Below are positions 1-12,924 of a stretch of DNA of 64,000 nt, in pieces. Origin of the DNA: Eledone cirrhosa (taxonomy: Eukaryota); the NCBI GenBank assembly GCA_964016885.1, contig OZ024743.1, positions 45,570,001-45,634,000 on the forward strand, given 5' to 3'. Position 1 is the first letter of the stretch. Every line of letters starts with the position of its first letter. The notes below the pieces were generated by a model that searched no databases, had not been told where the DNA came from, and was given only the letters and a program-made list of their open reading frames with translations. A program made the position numbers and the translations under genes.

Positions 1-255
1 TCTTCTAACTTTAATTTTGTACATAATTATGTATGGTTAACTATACGTTTAGTCAATTTCTAGAGGCTATCAGAAATACTGGATAAATTTTCTGTAGCTG
101 TGAGTCGCGGATAATGAGCTATATTATTTACCTATTACTTCTTCATAAGTATATTTTAAACTTATAGCCTCGTTTAAATGATTTTTTGTGTGGTTGATTT
201 CTGCTGATTGGGAGAAGAAATATTGTATATATTTTATCTAATGATTCTATGGACT

Positions 256-320
<65 letters not shown>

Positions 321-323
<3 letters not shown>

Positions 324-1206
324 TATTCTAGGGCGGGTAAAATTCCCGAGATCCATGGACGAGTTCTCTCCAGCTGTCTCTGTCCCTCATTATCGCTGCC
401 ATGTCCTGCGTCTCCAACAGGCCAGTGTCTACCTTAGGGCATCAACATACGTTAACCTTGGTCTTCCTCTTCCAGTGTGTCCATGTCGGGGCTCCCACAG
501 GAGCACTGAGTGCAATGTCAACTCTGGATGTCGGTGAGCATGTCCAGCTAACCTCAGTCTCCTCTGTATCACTTTTGAGCTGACGTTTGGGAGGCTCCCA
601 TACAGCTCTGAGTTTTTCATCCTCAGTTTATACTGATTGATTAATGTTCAGAGCCATCCTCAGCATTCTCGTGTAGCACCCATCCACTATCTTAGTGAGT
701 TTCTTGGTCAGTGTCCAAGTCTCAGACCCGTACAGCAGTACAGACTCCACTACAGCAATGAAGAGGCGGATTTTCCGGTCTTCACGAAGGTCCAACTTCC
801 ACACCGATCTTAAGCTGTGGCACGCCGCCGAGGCTTTGCTCTTCCTCTCAACAACATCATCTTCCGTAATCCCAATCTTTGCTCCCAAATACAGGAAGTT
901 CTCAACCAATTCTAGCGGTTTCCCTCCTACATTAATGATCCCTTCTGGCTTCTCAACATTCTCTACCAGATATTTTGTTTTAGTCTCATTCATTCTCAGC
1001 CCCACACTCATTGACACAGTCTCAACCTCCTGCATCAAATCCTCTGCTCCTTTCACTGTATTTGTCACCAAAACTATGTCGTCAGGAAATTCAGCATCCG
1101 ATATGTTTTTCGCCATACTCTCCAGCTCTGAGCCGGTGCTACAGTAAAGCCAGAGTCCTGGGTTTTTCTCCAGTGCAAGGTGCATACAATAGTCCACTAA
1201 GATGAT
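321..1206 (-). mobile_element. RTE-clade LINE, 3' part (RT FxDD region to C-terminus), degenerate
   Basis: ORFs 628-1263 (EFPDDIVL, GLRMNETKTK, FLYLG, VESVLLYGSETWTLTK) and 429-620 (RRLRLAGHAHR, GRGRPRLTYVD) carry RTE-type RT and C-terminal motifs; the 3' end abuts (TA)n at 260-320. Confidence 0.85.
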
Positions 1207-1459
1207 GAGGAGGATATTAGAGGAAGCTAGAGCAAAGTGCTTTCCTGCGGTCATGGTTTTCATTGACTTTAGGAAGTCCTTTGATTCTGTGGACCGTCAC
1301 TGCCTGGTGAAGATCTTACAGGCTTATGGAATCCCAAAGAAGATAGTGGACCTGGTATCACACCAACACCAAAGCCAAAGTCATTGCACCTGATTGGATG
1401 GCAGAGTTCTTTGAGATACTGGCTGGAGTGCTCCAGGGAGATACATTGGCTGCCTACCT

Positions 1460-1465
<6 letters not shown>
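1202..1465 (+). mobile_element. Inverted 5' segment of the same RTE LINE (RT motifs FIDFRKSFDSV and GVLQGDTL)
   Basis: ORF 1202-1393 MVFIDFRKSFDSVDR...YGIP, then in another frame EFFEILAGVLQGDTLAAYLF ending at 1463 against (TA)n. Confidence 0.85.
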
Positions 1466-1514
<49 letters not shown>

Positions 1515-1964
1515 GTAATTCCGTCGGAAAGGTCCAGGAAAAAAGAGTGCTCTATGTAAGTTACAGAGCTTATTAGTTATGTAATAAACAACATAAGATA
1601 ATTATTTCATTTACCAGTGGTTTTTTGAAAGCAACCAAAATTACTTTCGTTCACAGAATGAAAAAATCCTGGTGTTTTATTGACAGTGGATTTGAAAAAA
1701 AAATATAACATATGAAAGTGAGGCTGGAGGGAAAAAAAGGGGAGGGTGAAGAATAATAAATAAGAATATATAACAACACACACGAACACACACACACGCA
1801 CAATCGCACACAAACGCACATATACACACATATATACATATATACATACATATATACACGCATATATACACATATATATACACAGAGACACATATACACG
1901 CACATATACATACATATATATATATATATCCATACATAAACACACCAACACATATATATATGAA

Positions 1965-2183
1965 AAGAACGATCGACTTTCGTCAAATCGGACCGAGGGA
2001 ACAATGTTTCCGTTGGTCTTTCCAATTGCTAATACTATCTATCGGTCGCAACTCCAGGTAGAAGGAGCAACGTGAAATAAAGTGTCTTGCTCAAGGACAT
2101 AACGCATCGCCTGGTCCAGGAATCGAACTCACAACCTTACGATTGCGAATCCAATTCTCTAACCACTCAGCCACACGCCTTCA
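1965..2183 (-). mobile_element. tRNA-derived SINE, family B
   Basis: Minus strand reads GGCGTGTGGCTGAGTGGTTAGAG (A box)...GTTCGATTCC (B box)...GTCCTTGAGCAAGACACTT; near-identical copy at 29970-30184. Confidence 0.8.
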
Positions 2184-2557
2184 CTCTATATATATATGTA
2201 TGTACACATATATATATATATATATATACATGCACACACATACATATATATATATATACATATATATACACATACACATACATACATACATACACACACA
2301 TAGATACACACATATATACACACATGCATACATACATCACATATAAAAGGATACATATGCACACACACAAATAAGGATAAATAATCATAGTAGACCGTCA
2401 CATACAAATAAGCAAATAAAAAATAAGGATTAAGAAAATAAAAAAATAAAAAACATTATAAAGTTGCCAGCGATACAAGACGGCAAAATTTAATAAAAAT
2501 AGTAATAATAATAATAATCAATGACCAAACGCACGTGGTAGGCAAATGAACAAAAAC

Positions 2558-2619
<62 letters not shown>

Positions 2620-2624
2620 TATAT

Positions 2625-2662
<38 letters not shown>

Positions 2663-3016
2663 GTGTGTACATACACACACGCACACACACATATATAAAT
2701 ATACACACACACATATACACACACACATAGGCATACATATAAATATACAAGCACACCCCATACATATAAACACAGCAGACACACAAAAGAGTATATACAT
2801 ACAAATACATATACACGCACACATAAATGCATACAACCACATACACACATATAGTATAAACATTTCTTAAAGATAAAAAAATAAATATAAAAAATATAAA
2901 GTTACATACACACATACGCATAAGTACGTACACACGCATGCACATACACATATATATATATATGTTAAACATATACATATATATATATATACACACATAT
3001 ACACACCTACACACAT

Positions 3017-3119
<103 letters not shown>

Positions 3120-3338
3120 TATACACACACACATATACATATATATATACATATACGCACATACATACATACACACATATACACATATATATATATATGT
3201 AGAGGTTATATTTAATTTGTTGGGATAAACTTTAATCTGTTATTTTAATAAATATTTGCTCTACGGTTCTTATATATTTGATATATATTTATCCTTATCG
3301 AGCCCTCTTTGGATTTTAGTCTTCAAATTTATTATTAT

Positions 3339-3418
<80 letters not shown>

Positions 3419-4070
3419 GAGAGGTATAGAGATTGTTTTAGCGAGAAGCTAACAGCATTCTATAACATATATGTGACTATAACGTCAAGATGGGAAAAGT
3501 AGTTAACGTAGGATTTAGGAAAAATAATTCAAACTCATCTCAAAAGAGAATCAGGATATAAATTCATCCACAGAATTTAGTGAAATCCAGGGAAAAATCA
3601 ATAGACCTTTAACTCATGATAAAATAAAGTTTAAAACACTTATCCTTCAATTTGGTGACGTCAGGATGGAAGTGAATGTTTATTTACGAGAAATAGCAGT
3701 CAAATACATTCTGAAAAAAACTCTACAAAAGGAGTTCAGCATATATATATATATGTATATATGTGTATGTATGTATATTTGTATGTAGTTGGTTGTGTGT
3801 GTGTATGTATGGTTTTGTATGTATATACATAATTACATACAGAGTTTTTTTTAATTCTTACTTTTATTGATTATTTGCTCCAGGAACTGTTGAATGCTCT
3901 TAATCAGCTGTAAACATTTATACATTTATTTTTTATTTGTCGTATGCCCTACTATTTGAATACTCCTTCCTTCCCTTTATTTTTATTTTGTGTATGCATG
4001 TATATATGTGTATGTGTATATGTATATGTATATGTATATATATATATATGTATATATATGTGTATATGTG

Positions 4071-4131
<61 letters not shown>

Positions 4132-4202
4132 GCATAAAATTGAAAATATTTTTTTATGTATTTCTTTTGTATATATATATATATGCATTTAAACATACAG
4201 AC

Positions 4203-5585
4203 ATAACTAGTAATGAAATGTGCATTATCTTAACTGCACGGAAAACATTAATTAAATTTAACAACCACCTCTGAACTAGAGCAGACAGATAATAATTTCG
4301 ATATCACTATAGGATCATCTGATTCCGCCCAAATAACGGATCTTGTGGGGCTTTTTATTAATAAACTCTACATAGGAAAATACCGGAGATGACCGAAGGT
4401 TTATATCGCGACGATATGCTATTACGTATAGAAAATAATAATAACTGTGAAATAAATAGGAAAAGAAAAGAAATTATACAATTTTTTAATTACCTTAATC
4501 TTAAAGTAGAAATAGAGAATAATTATAAAATAGTTAATTTTCTAGATGTAACTTTATACCTTAACACAGGTATTTATTATCCATTTCACAAAATAAACGA
4601 GAACTTAAACTACGTTAATTTTAATTCCAATCACCCCAGATCCGTTAAAAACACTTCTAGTAAACTCTGTGCAACAACGTATTTCTAGAATTTCAGCTAA
4701 TAAGAATATTTTTGAAGATAAAGCGCAATATTATAACGAAGCGTTGGGTAGAGCTGGATATAGTAATAAAATTAAATACATTGATAGTAATGATATGACA
4801 AATAACCATAATTTTAACTACTATAATAGAAAACCTTACAATAATTCAAAAAACAAAAAAAGAAATAGAACTAGCAATATATTATGGTTCGCTCCTCCTT
4901 TCACATTAAGTATTAAAACTCCTATTGCTAAATTATTCTTTAAAGCTCTAGATAAATGCTTCCCTAGAACACATAGGTATTACTCAATATTTAATAGACA
5001 TACTATAAAATTAATGTATTCAACCACCAGTAATTTAGTGCAGAATATTAATAGAATTAATAATAGAAACTTAAAACCTACCCAGAATACCATTAATAAC
5101 CCCAGCAATATCCAACTGAGTAATACGGCACATAGAAACTCAAATTTTGATAAATGTAACTGTAGAAATAAATCTAACTGACCGTTAAATATCAATTGTT
5201 TAGTTAAAAATATAGTAATGTAAAAACTAATGTAATGTAAAAACTAATTTAAATTCAGTTAATTACGTAGACTCTACCTCCACAGATTTTAAGTCCCGTT
5301 TTAATAACCATAAATGATCTTTTACGAATATAAATAAAAAATCTTCAACTTCTCTATCTAATTTACTATGGGACCTAAAATCAAAGAACACTAATTATTC
5401 TTTACTTTGGAATATTATCTCCAAATCTCCTCGATTCTATGTTTCTTCTGAAAATTGTGCTCTTTGTATAGAGGAAATATTCTTTATATTAAAAAGTAAG
5501 AATTCTGTTAATTTAAGGAATAATCTTTTCAGTACTTGCAAACATAGATTGAACTCAACGTTTAAATATATATATAAAATGTAAT
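4203..5585 (+). mobile_element. Penelope-like element (Naiad-like), 5'-truncated, RT + CxCx5C linker + GIY-YIG, degenerate
   Basis: ORFs 4389-4688 (GLYRDD, FLDVTL, NHP) and 4669-5181 (WFAPPF, IFNRHTIK, CNCRNKSN); frameshifts and TGA stops. Confidence 0.9.
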
Positions 5586-5789
5586 ACATAACTCATCTTT
5601 ATTAAACCTATCGATAATTCATTAGATTCCTTCATATGACTGCTTATAACTCTCTTAAAAAGATTTTTTCTTGAAAAACTTTTCTTGATAAACGTACTTA
5701 AAGATTTGAGGAAGGGTTTTTTTTTAAATTGCTATGATAGGTACAAGGAAATTATAATTCATAATCATATTTTATACTGTGTATTTTAT

Positions 5790-7395
5790 TTTCTATATTC
5801 TTCCTCCATCACTTTACTACTTCTCCTTAGAGCTATCAATTTCGCTAAAACACTCACAGTGATTAAGGATTTCGAAGTTGATGTCATCCTCAATGCCCGA
5901 AAGTCGGTGATTAATTTAGGCGACTCTATTTGGATTAAAAAATCCAATAGTACCCTTTTCGACGTGAGTATGGGCGCCACTGATTCTGCGGAGGTTACTG
6001 TTCTTATCGGCCTTTTCCTTCTTTTCTCTATCAAGGTCGAATTCCCCAACGCGGGCGGTGGTTTGTACCGTGACGATGGTCTTTTGACCATGACTAAGTG
6101 CGGACCTTGGGCTTGCGACAGGTTCAGAAAAGAACTCACAGCCTTCATTAAAGGCTTCAACCTCTCTATACAGGTTGAGGCCAATCTCTCGGTCGTTAAT
6201 TACCTCGACGTTACCCTCAATTTATTGAATGGGTTGTATTACCCGTATAGAAAGCCGAATGATACGCTTAATTACATAAGTAAGCATTCCAACCATCCTG
6301 CCAGCATAACCAAGAACCTGATAAGAAACGTTTCGTTGAGGCTTTCCCGTCTTTCCACCAACGAGCATATTTTCAACGACCATTCCACTTATTACAATGA
6401 AGCTCTTGCTCGAAGTGGATTTGTCGATAAGGTAGCTTATACAGAGTACGCAAATAGACCTAGAAGAAATAGATCCCGTCGCATTTGTTGGTATAACCCA
6501 CCATATAATATGGAGGTGGCCACACCATTAGCTAAGATCTTTCTTTCCTTTATTACGAAGCATTTTCCCCCTACACATAAATATAGTAAAATTTTTAATA
6601 GAAATACTATTAGAATTTCTTACTCTACGACTCCTAACCTTGCACATAACATCACAGCTTCAAATTTAGCTAAACTACCTAGCCGTAGGAACACGTGCAA
6701 CCCTGTAGTTAGTACTAACTGTAATTGTAGGAATCGGGTTGATTGCCCCCTATCCGGGAAATGCCTCTCTAGTAACATTGTCTACAAATGTAAGGTTGTA
6801 ACACCCACGTCCCGTAGGGCCTACATAGGGTTAACCGCCAATAGATTCAAGCAGCGTCTTTACATGCATACCCATTCTTTTCGTTACCCTCTAAGAAGGA
6901 ATATGACGTCACTTTCAGCTTATATCTGGAGTCTAAAAGACAACCACACCCAATATAAGTTACACTGGGAGATCGTATAACGGAAATAAAAGACCATGTG
7001 ACCTCTGCGCCGCTGATGCTCTGAAAATACTCTACGCCACAGACCACATCTTAAACAAAATATCTGAGCCAATTTCGGCTTGTAAACATAAATTGCACAA
7101 AACTTTCCTGTATTACAGCCCCACGTTATAACCTAACGGATAGTACGATCTATACGTGGATATTTTACGTCTTGATGTGGGAGCCTAGTATATGTTTTGT
7201 TTATACCTTTACTTATTTGCATAGAGAACGTTTCCACGAACCAAAGTATCGTCTTCCTGTCTTCCTCCGGTTGCAACGTTTTTTGAAATATCCACTTCTG
7301 CGTTTACAGATTGACTTTGTTAGTTTCAGAAGATCCCGTTAAGGGTGAAAGCAGCGATTCTTTGCTTAAACTTTAATCTGTTATTTTAATAAATA
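5790..7395 (+). mobile_element. Penelope-like element (Naiad-like) with 3' pseudo-LTR
   Basis: ORF 5685-6980: FDVSMGATDSAEV, GLYRDDGL, YLDVTL, CNCRNRVDCPL, VYKC...YIG...FKQRLYMH (GIY-YIG); tail 7225-7395 recurs at 33150-33320. Confidence 0.92.
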
Positions 7396-7578
7396 TATAT
7401 ATATATATATATATATTGTTATACTTTGGGAGGGTCATGTTGCCAATAAGAAACACACGCACCAGTTGCTTTCACTTCGATTTATTATATATTTATAAAT
7501 TTATAAATTTACAAATTTACAAACTTATAAATTTCTGGTTGGTTGGTTGGTTCCACAACCAGATAGCTGTTTATATAT

Positions 7579-7623
7579 AGTCATAGTCCTTTCGTCACAC
7601 ACTCTGTGACCTCTTCAGTGACT
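7579..7623 (-). ncRNA. Type-I hammerhead ribozyme (minimal stem III)
   Basis: Minus strand: agtca-CTGAAGA-g gtcaca(gagtg)tgtgac-GAAA-ggac-TA-tgact; stem I 5 bp, stem II 6 bp. Confidence 0.75.
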
Positions 7624-7736
7624 GGGGTTTCTTATTGTGTGTTTCTTATTGGCAACATGACCCTCCCAAAGTATAACAATATCGGTTTCAATACACGATT
7701 TCAGATAAAGAATCTTGCTAAACAAATTCAGAAACG

Positions 7737-7767
<31 letters not shown>

Positions 7768-7769
7768 CG

Positions 7770-7833
<64 letters not shown>

Positions 7834-7989
7834 CACACACACTAATATATACACACACATAAGTACAAAGGGTTACAACACCACATAAATAAAAATACAC
7901 ACACACATATATAAACACACACACATATATATATATATACATACATACACATACACATATATATAAAAAATGTATACATACATATACAC

Positions 7990-8030
<41 letters not shown>

Positions 8031-8033
8031 CAC

Positions 8034-9918
8034 TTAATTACACATATAAATACACGTAAAATTAATATCTAAAAATCGAAAGGGGGTGGGTATGTAAAGG
8101 GTAAGGTAGAGAGTCGGTGGGAATAAGGAAAATAAATAACATAAGAAAAAGTTTAAAAAATAAGAGGAGATAAGGGAGAAAGAGAAAATAAGGGTACAGA
8201 AAGTGAGTTCAGAGAGAAATAAAAGTCGTAGTAGATGTAAGGCGTAAAGAGCAAAGAAGGAGTTCAAGGTGGTTAAGTCATCGTAGCAAAGAAGAAGTTC
8301 AAGGTGGTTGAGTCATCGTAGGAATGTCAATCCAGTTACAGAGCAGATGTGATTTCAGGTGAGGACAACATCTGAAGATCTCGGTCTTGGAGTTAAGGCA
8401 AGTTGAAGTGGCTTTCAAATTCTGTAGAATTCTAAATTTGTCAGTGGTACACAAAGAACAATTCTTTGTGCCCCTTTGGTATTCCCTAGAATGGGCTAAA
8501 ATAGACCAATCGACAGATTACGGGATGTTATTATCTTTGAATTCTCACACCTTATTAGCGAGGGCCGTTGCTGTTATTTTATCTGTGTTTAAAAGAAGCG
8601 ACATGTGCATAAAACCTGGTTTTGGACCTTTCTTGAGTCATACCAACATATCGTTCACTCGTGGCTGGCTGGTTGTTAATCAAAGGTGTTACTTTGGCCT
8701 CATATACAACGGATTTGGTGTTACATTTGCTCTGTAATGAGCATTCATCCGGCTTTCTGCAACTGCATCCTGGATTTATTCTCGTACGATTAGAGTTGGT
8801 GATTTTAGACTTCATAGATGGGCAGCAAGAGTAACTAATTTTAACTATATTTCTATTAAATATCTTATAATATCTATGATTTGGGGGAAAATGCTTATCT
8901 AGGAGGTCAAGGAATTTCCTTCCTACATTAGTTTTGACAGTTAGAGAGAAGGGGGTGTAAACCAAATAAATTTTCTTTTCCTATTATTGTGATTAGTTTT
9001 AGGGGGAGAGGGAGGTAAATATGTAATCTGTTCTGTAAACCCACTGTTACTGAGGGCTTATTATAAGGGGCAGCTTTATTAAAAATGTCTAGAGAAGAAG
9101 ATAAAGTAGAAATCCTACGACTAATATTGAGAATAAGATTTGTTTAAACTATAGGGGGATGGCAAGACTCTTTGTGTATATATCTTAGATTCTCGTTAGG
9201 TTTATGATAAGGTTTAAAAGAGGCAGTAAGTATCAAGGTTAATGTCAAGAAAGTTAGCATTGGTAAGGTTCGTATCTATAGTAATTTTAAGGTTAAGATT
9301 AGCAAAAGTATTGATTAAATCTTTACGGAATTTATCAAGGTTATGGGCGTTGGTGGTATGAGAAACTGCCAATCCGTCGTCACGGTATAAACTGATATTA
9401 TGGGAAGGAAGTTTCTCTTTAAGGGTGTGGAGAAGGAATAATCCTACTAAGTCACACACATCCGCACTGTCATATGAACCCATTGGAACATCGAAAGAGT
9501 TTTCAGGGCTTGACTTTTTAACCCAAATACTTTCATTAGTAAAGAGTAGAGTTTTCCTAGCATGAAGAATAATGTCTTCTTCTAATTTAGAAATATTAAT
9601 GAAAGGTCTTGCAAAATCTAAGGCCTTATTTAATAAGGAAACAGTAATAGAGGGGTAAAAATCAGCAATATCGAATTGGGTAAATCTACACTTATTTTTA
9701 CCTTGTACATTATTAAACCAAGAAATAACAGAGGATGTATTTAACCATTTTGAAAAGTCAGTCTTAGTTCTAATTTGGAAAATTATTTTTCTTAAGATTT
9801 TTTTACTTACAAAGCCAACTTCGGGTTTAGCCGGGATAATCAGTCTACAACTAGGTCGATTAGTAAAGTCTAATTTATGGTCTTTAAGGGTAATATAATC
9901 TTTTAAATAATTTTCCAA
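8034..9918 (-). mobile_element. Penelope-like element (Naiad-like), fragmented ORF plus 3' pseudo-LTR
   Basis: ORFs 9214-9918 (FDIADFYPSIT, FDVPMGSYDSADVCDLVG, LYRDDGL) and 8579-8965 (CSCRKPDEC, VVYEAKV...YVGMT). Confidence 0.92.
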
Positions 9919-9939
9919 ATTAGAACTAAGACTGACTTA

Positions 9940-10376
9940 TTCTTTGTGTACCACTGAAAAATTTAGAATTCTACAGAATTTGAAAGCCACTTCAACTTGC
10001 CTTAACTCCAAGACCGAGATCTTCAGATGTTGTCCTCACCTGAAATCACATCTGCTCTGTAACTGGATTGACATTCCTACGATGACTCAACCACCTTGAA
10101 CTTCTTCTTTGCTACGATGACTTAACCACCTTGAACTCCTTCTTTGCTCTTTACGCCTTACATCTACTACGACTTTTATTTCTCTCTGAACTCACTTTCT
10201 GTACCCTTATTTTCTCTTTCTCCCTTATCTCCTCTTATTTTTTAAACTTTTTCTTATGTTATTTATTTTCATTATTCCCACCTACTCTCTACCTTATCCT
10301 TTACATACCCACCCCCTTTCGATTTTTAGATATTAATTTTACGTGTATGTATGTTGTCGTGTATATGTGTAATTAA
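9940..10376 (+). repeat. Inverted copy of the PLE 3' end (pseudo-LTR) at the truncated 5' end
   Basis: Near-identical reverse complement of about 8034-8459; ORFs 8034-8267(-) and 10131-10376(+) translate almost identically. Confidence 0.9.
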
Positions 10377-10379
10377 GTG

Positions 10380-10416
<37 letters not shown>

Positions 10417-10468
10417 ATATGTATGTATACATTTTTTATATATATGTGTATGTGTATGTATGTGTGTG

Positions 10469-10559
<91 letters not shown>

Positions 10560-10856
10560 ATGGTTTTGTATGTTTATGCATAGTTCTATACAGAGTTTTT
10601 TAATGGTTACTTTTATTGATTATTTGCTCCAGGAACTGTTCAGTGCTCTTAATCAGCTATAAACATTTATATCTTTATTTTTTATTTGTCGTATGCCCTA
10701 CTATTTGAATACCCCTTCCTTCCCTTTATTTTTATTTTGTGTATGTATGTATGTATGTATGTATATATGTGCATGTGTATATGTATATATTTGTGTATAT
10801 GTGTATGTATATATATATATATGCATAAATTTGAAAATATATTTGTGTATTTCTTT

Positions 10857-10921
<65 letters not shown>

Positions 10922-10974
10922 GTATGTATGTGCGTATATGTATATATATATGTATATGTGTGCGTGTATATATT

Positions 10975-11005
<31 letters not shown>

Positions 11006-11383
11006 ATGTGTGTAGGTATGTATATGTGTGTATATATATATATATGTATATGTATTTACATATATATATATATGTGTATATGTATATATGTGTGTGTATG
11101 TGTATGTGCATGCGTGTGTACGTACTTATACGTATGTGTGTATGTAACTTTATATTTTTTATATTTATTTTTTATCTTTAAGAAATGTTTATACTATATG
11201 TGTATGTGGTTGTATGCAATTATCTGTGCGTGTTTATGTATTTGCATGTATATACTCTTTTGTGTCTGTGCTGTGTTTATATGTATGGCGTGTGCTTGTA
11301 TATTTATATGTATGCGTATGTGTGTGTGTATATGTATATATATGTGTGTGTGTGTATGTACACACATATATATATATATATAT

Positions 11384-12510
11384 AGTCACTCTCTTTGCTA
11401 GCCTCTTCCTCACCCTTCACTCACTCACTCTCTGTTACTACCTCTCCTCCTCCTCCTTCTTCCCGTTTCTTTCGCACCCTTGGTCAGGCAGGTTCGCTTT
11501 TTTCTCTCTCTCGTCTACGATTTCACAGAACTTATGTTCACCGAATTCACAGACTAGATTCCTTCTTCCTCCCGTTAGACCTGTACGGAATTCCTTCCTT
11601 GCTCACATTCCAACCAGGTTTGATGGTCTTTATTCTCTCTCGTTCACGATTTCACCGAACTTATATTCATGGAAATTTCGGACTTGACTCTTTCTTCCTC
11701 ACTTTTCGTTGCTTCACCATCTTTGTTTGTTTACACTCTCGTGTCCCCTTTATTTACGTGTCCCAACGACTTTGTTTAGCCGTTGCTCGCACCAACCGGA
11801 GGTATATGGTCTTTAAAGCGATGAAATACCAATGATGGTTGGAAGATCACTGATGAAGGACTAACGTTTTTCATATGTAACCCATTAGCAACCACGAAGC
11901 ACGTTTATTCTCATATTTACACATATTTTTTTCCCCGCTGTGACCCGTCTATTTCGTTCTTACTGCTTCCTCTTTATCTATATCTTTACTCTCTCTAACA
12001 GTCACTCTCTCTGCTAGCCTCTCCCTCACCCTTCACTCACTCACTCTCTGTTACTACCTCTCCTCCTCCTCCTTCTTCCCATTTGACCTGTGCGTAATTC
12101 TTTTCTTTCGCACCCTTGGTCAGGCAGGTTCGCTTTTTTTCTCTCTCTCGTCTACGATTTCACAGAACTTATGTTCACCGAATTCACAGATTAGATTCCT
12201 TCTTCCTCCCGTTAAACCTGTACGGAATTCCTTCCTTGCTCACATTCCAACCAGGTTTGATGGTCTTTATTCTCTCTCGTTCACGATTTCACCTAACTTA
12301 TATTCATGGAAATTTGGGACTTGACTCTTTCTTCCTCACTTTTCGTTGCTTCACCATCTTTGTTTGTTTACACTCTCGTGTCCCCTTTATTTACGTGTCC
12401 CAACGACTTTTTTTAGCCGTTGCTCGCACCAACCGGAGGTATATGGTCTTTAAAGCGATGAAACACCAATGATGGTTGGAAGATCACTGATGAAGGACTA
12501 ACTTTATTCA
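11384..12510 (+). repeat. Direct duplication of a ~490-bp unit (11384-11870 and 11998-12510), probably pLTR-derived
   Basis: ORFs 11395-11835 and 12116-12472 are nearly identical; both units stop just after CTGATGAAGGACTAAC. Confidence 0.75.
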
Positions 12511-12825
12511 TATATATATATATATTTAAGTTTTTTTTGTGCATTTGTTTACCACGTGCGTTTGATCTTTTATTATTATTATTATTATTATTACTATATC
12601 GCTGTCAACTTAATAATATTTTTTTTTATTTGTTTATATTCTTAATCCTTATTTTTTATTTGCTTATTTGTATGTGACTGCCTACTATGATTATTTATCC
12701 TTATTTGTGTGTGTGCATATGTATCCTTTTATATGTGAGTATGTATGCATGTGTGTATATATGCGTGTATGTATGTGTGTGTATGTATGTATGTGTGTAT
12801 ATATGTATATATATGTATATGTGTG

Positions 12826-12919
<94 letters not shown>

Positions 12920-12924
12920 CAACA

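Noticed and set aside
1965-2183. tRNA gene
   Set aside because: A/B boxes run into a SINE body that is repeated elsewhere; I could not build a complete cloverleaf
5590-5700. SECIS element (ATGA...AA...GA) downstream of the TGA-containing PLE
   Set aside because: Could not form the required helix by eye; needs SECISearch3
11790-11870. Possible type-II hammerhead (GAAA...TT...CTGATGA)
   Set aside because: Stems I and III do not pair convincingly and stem II is displaced
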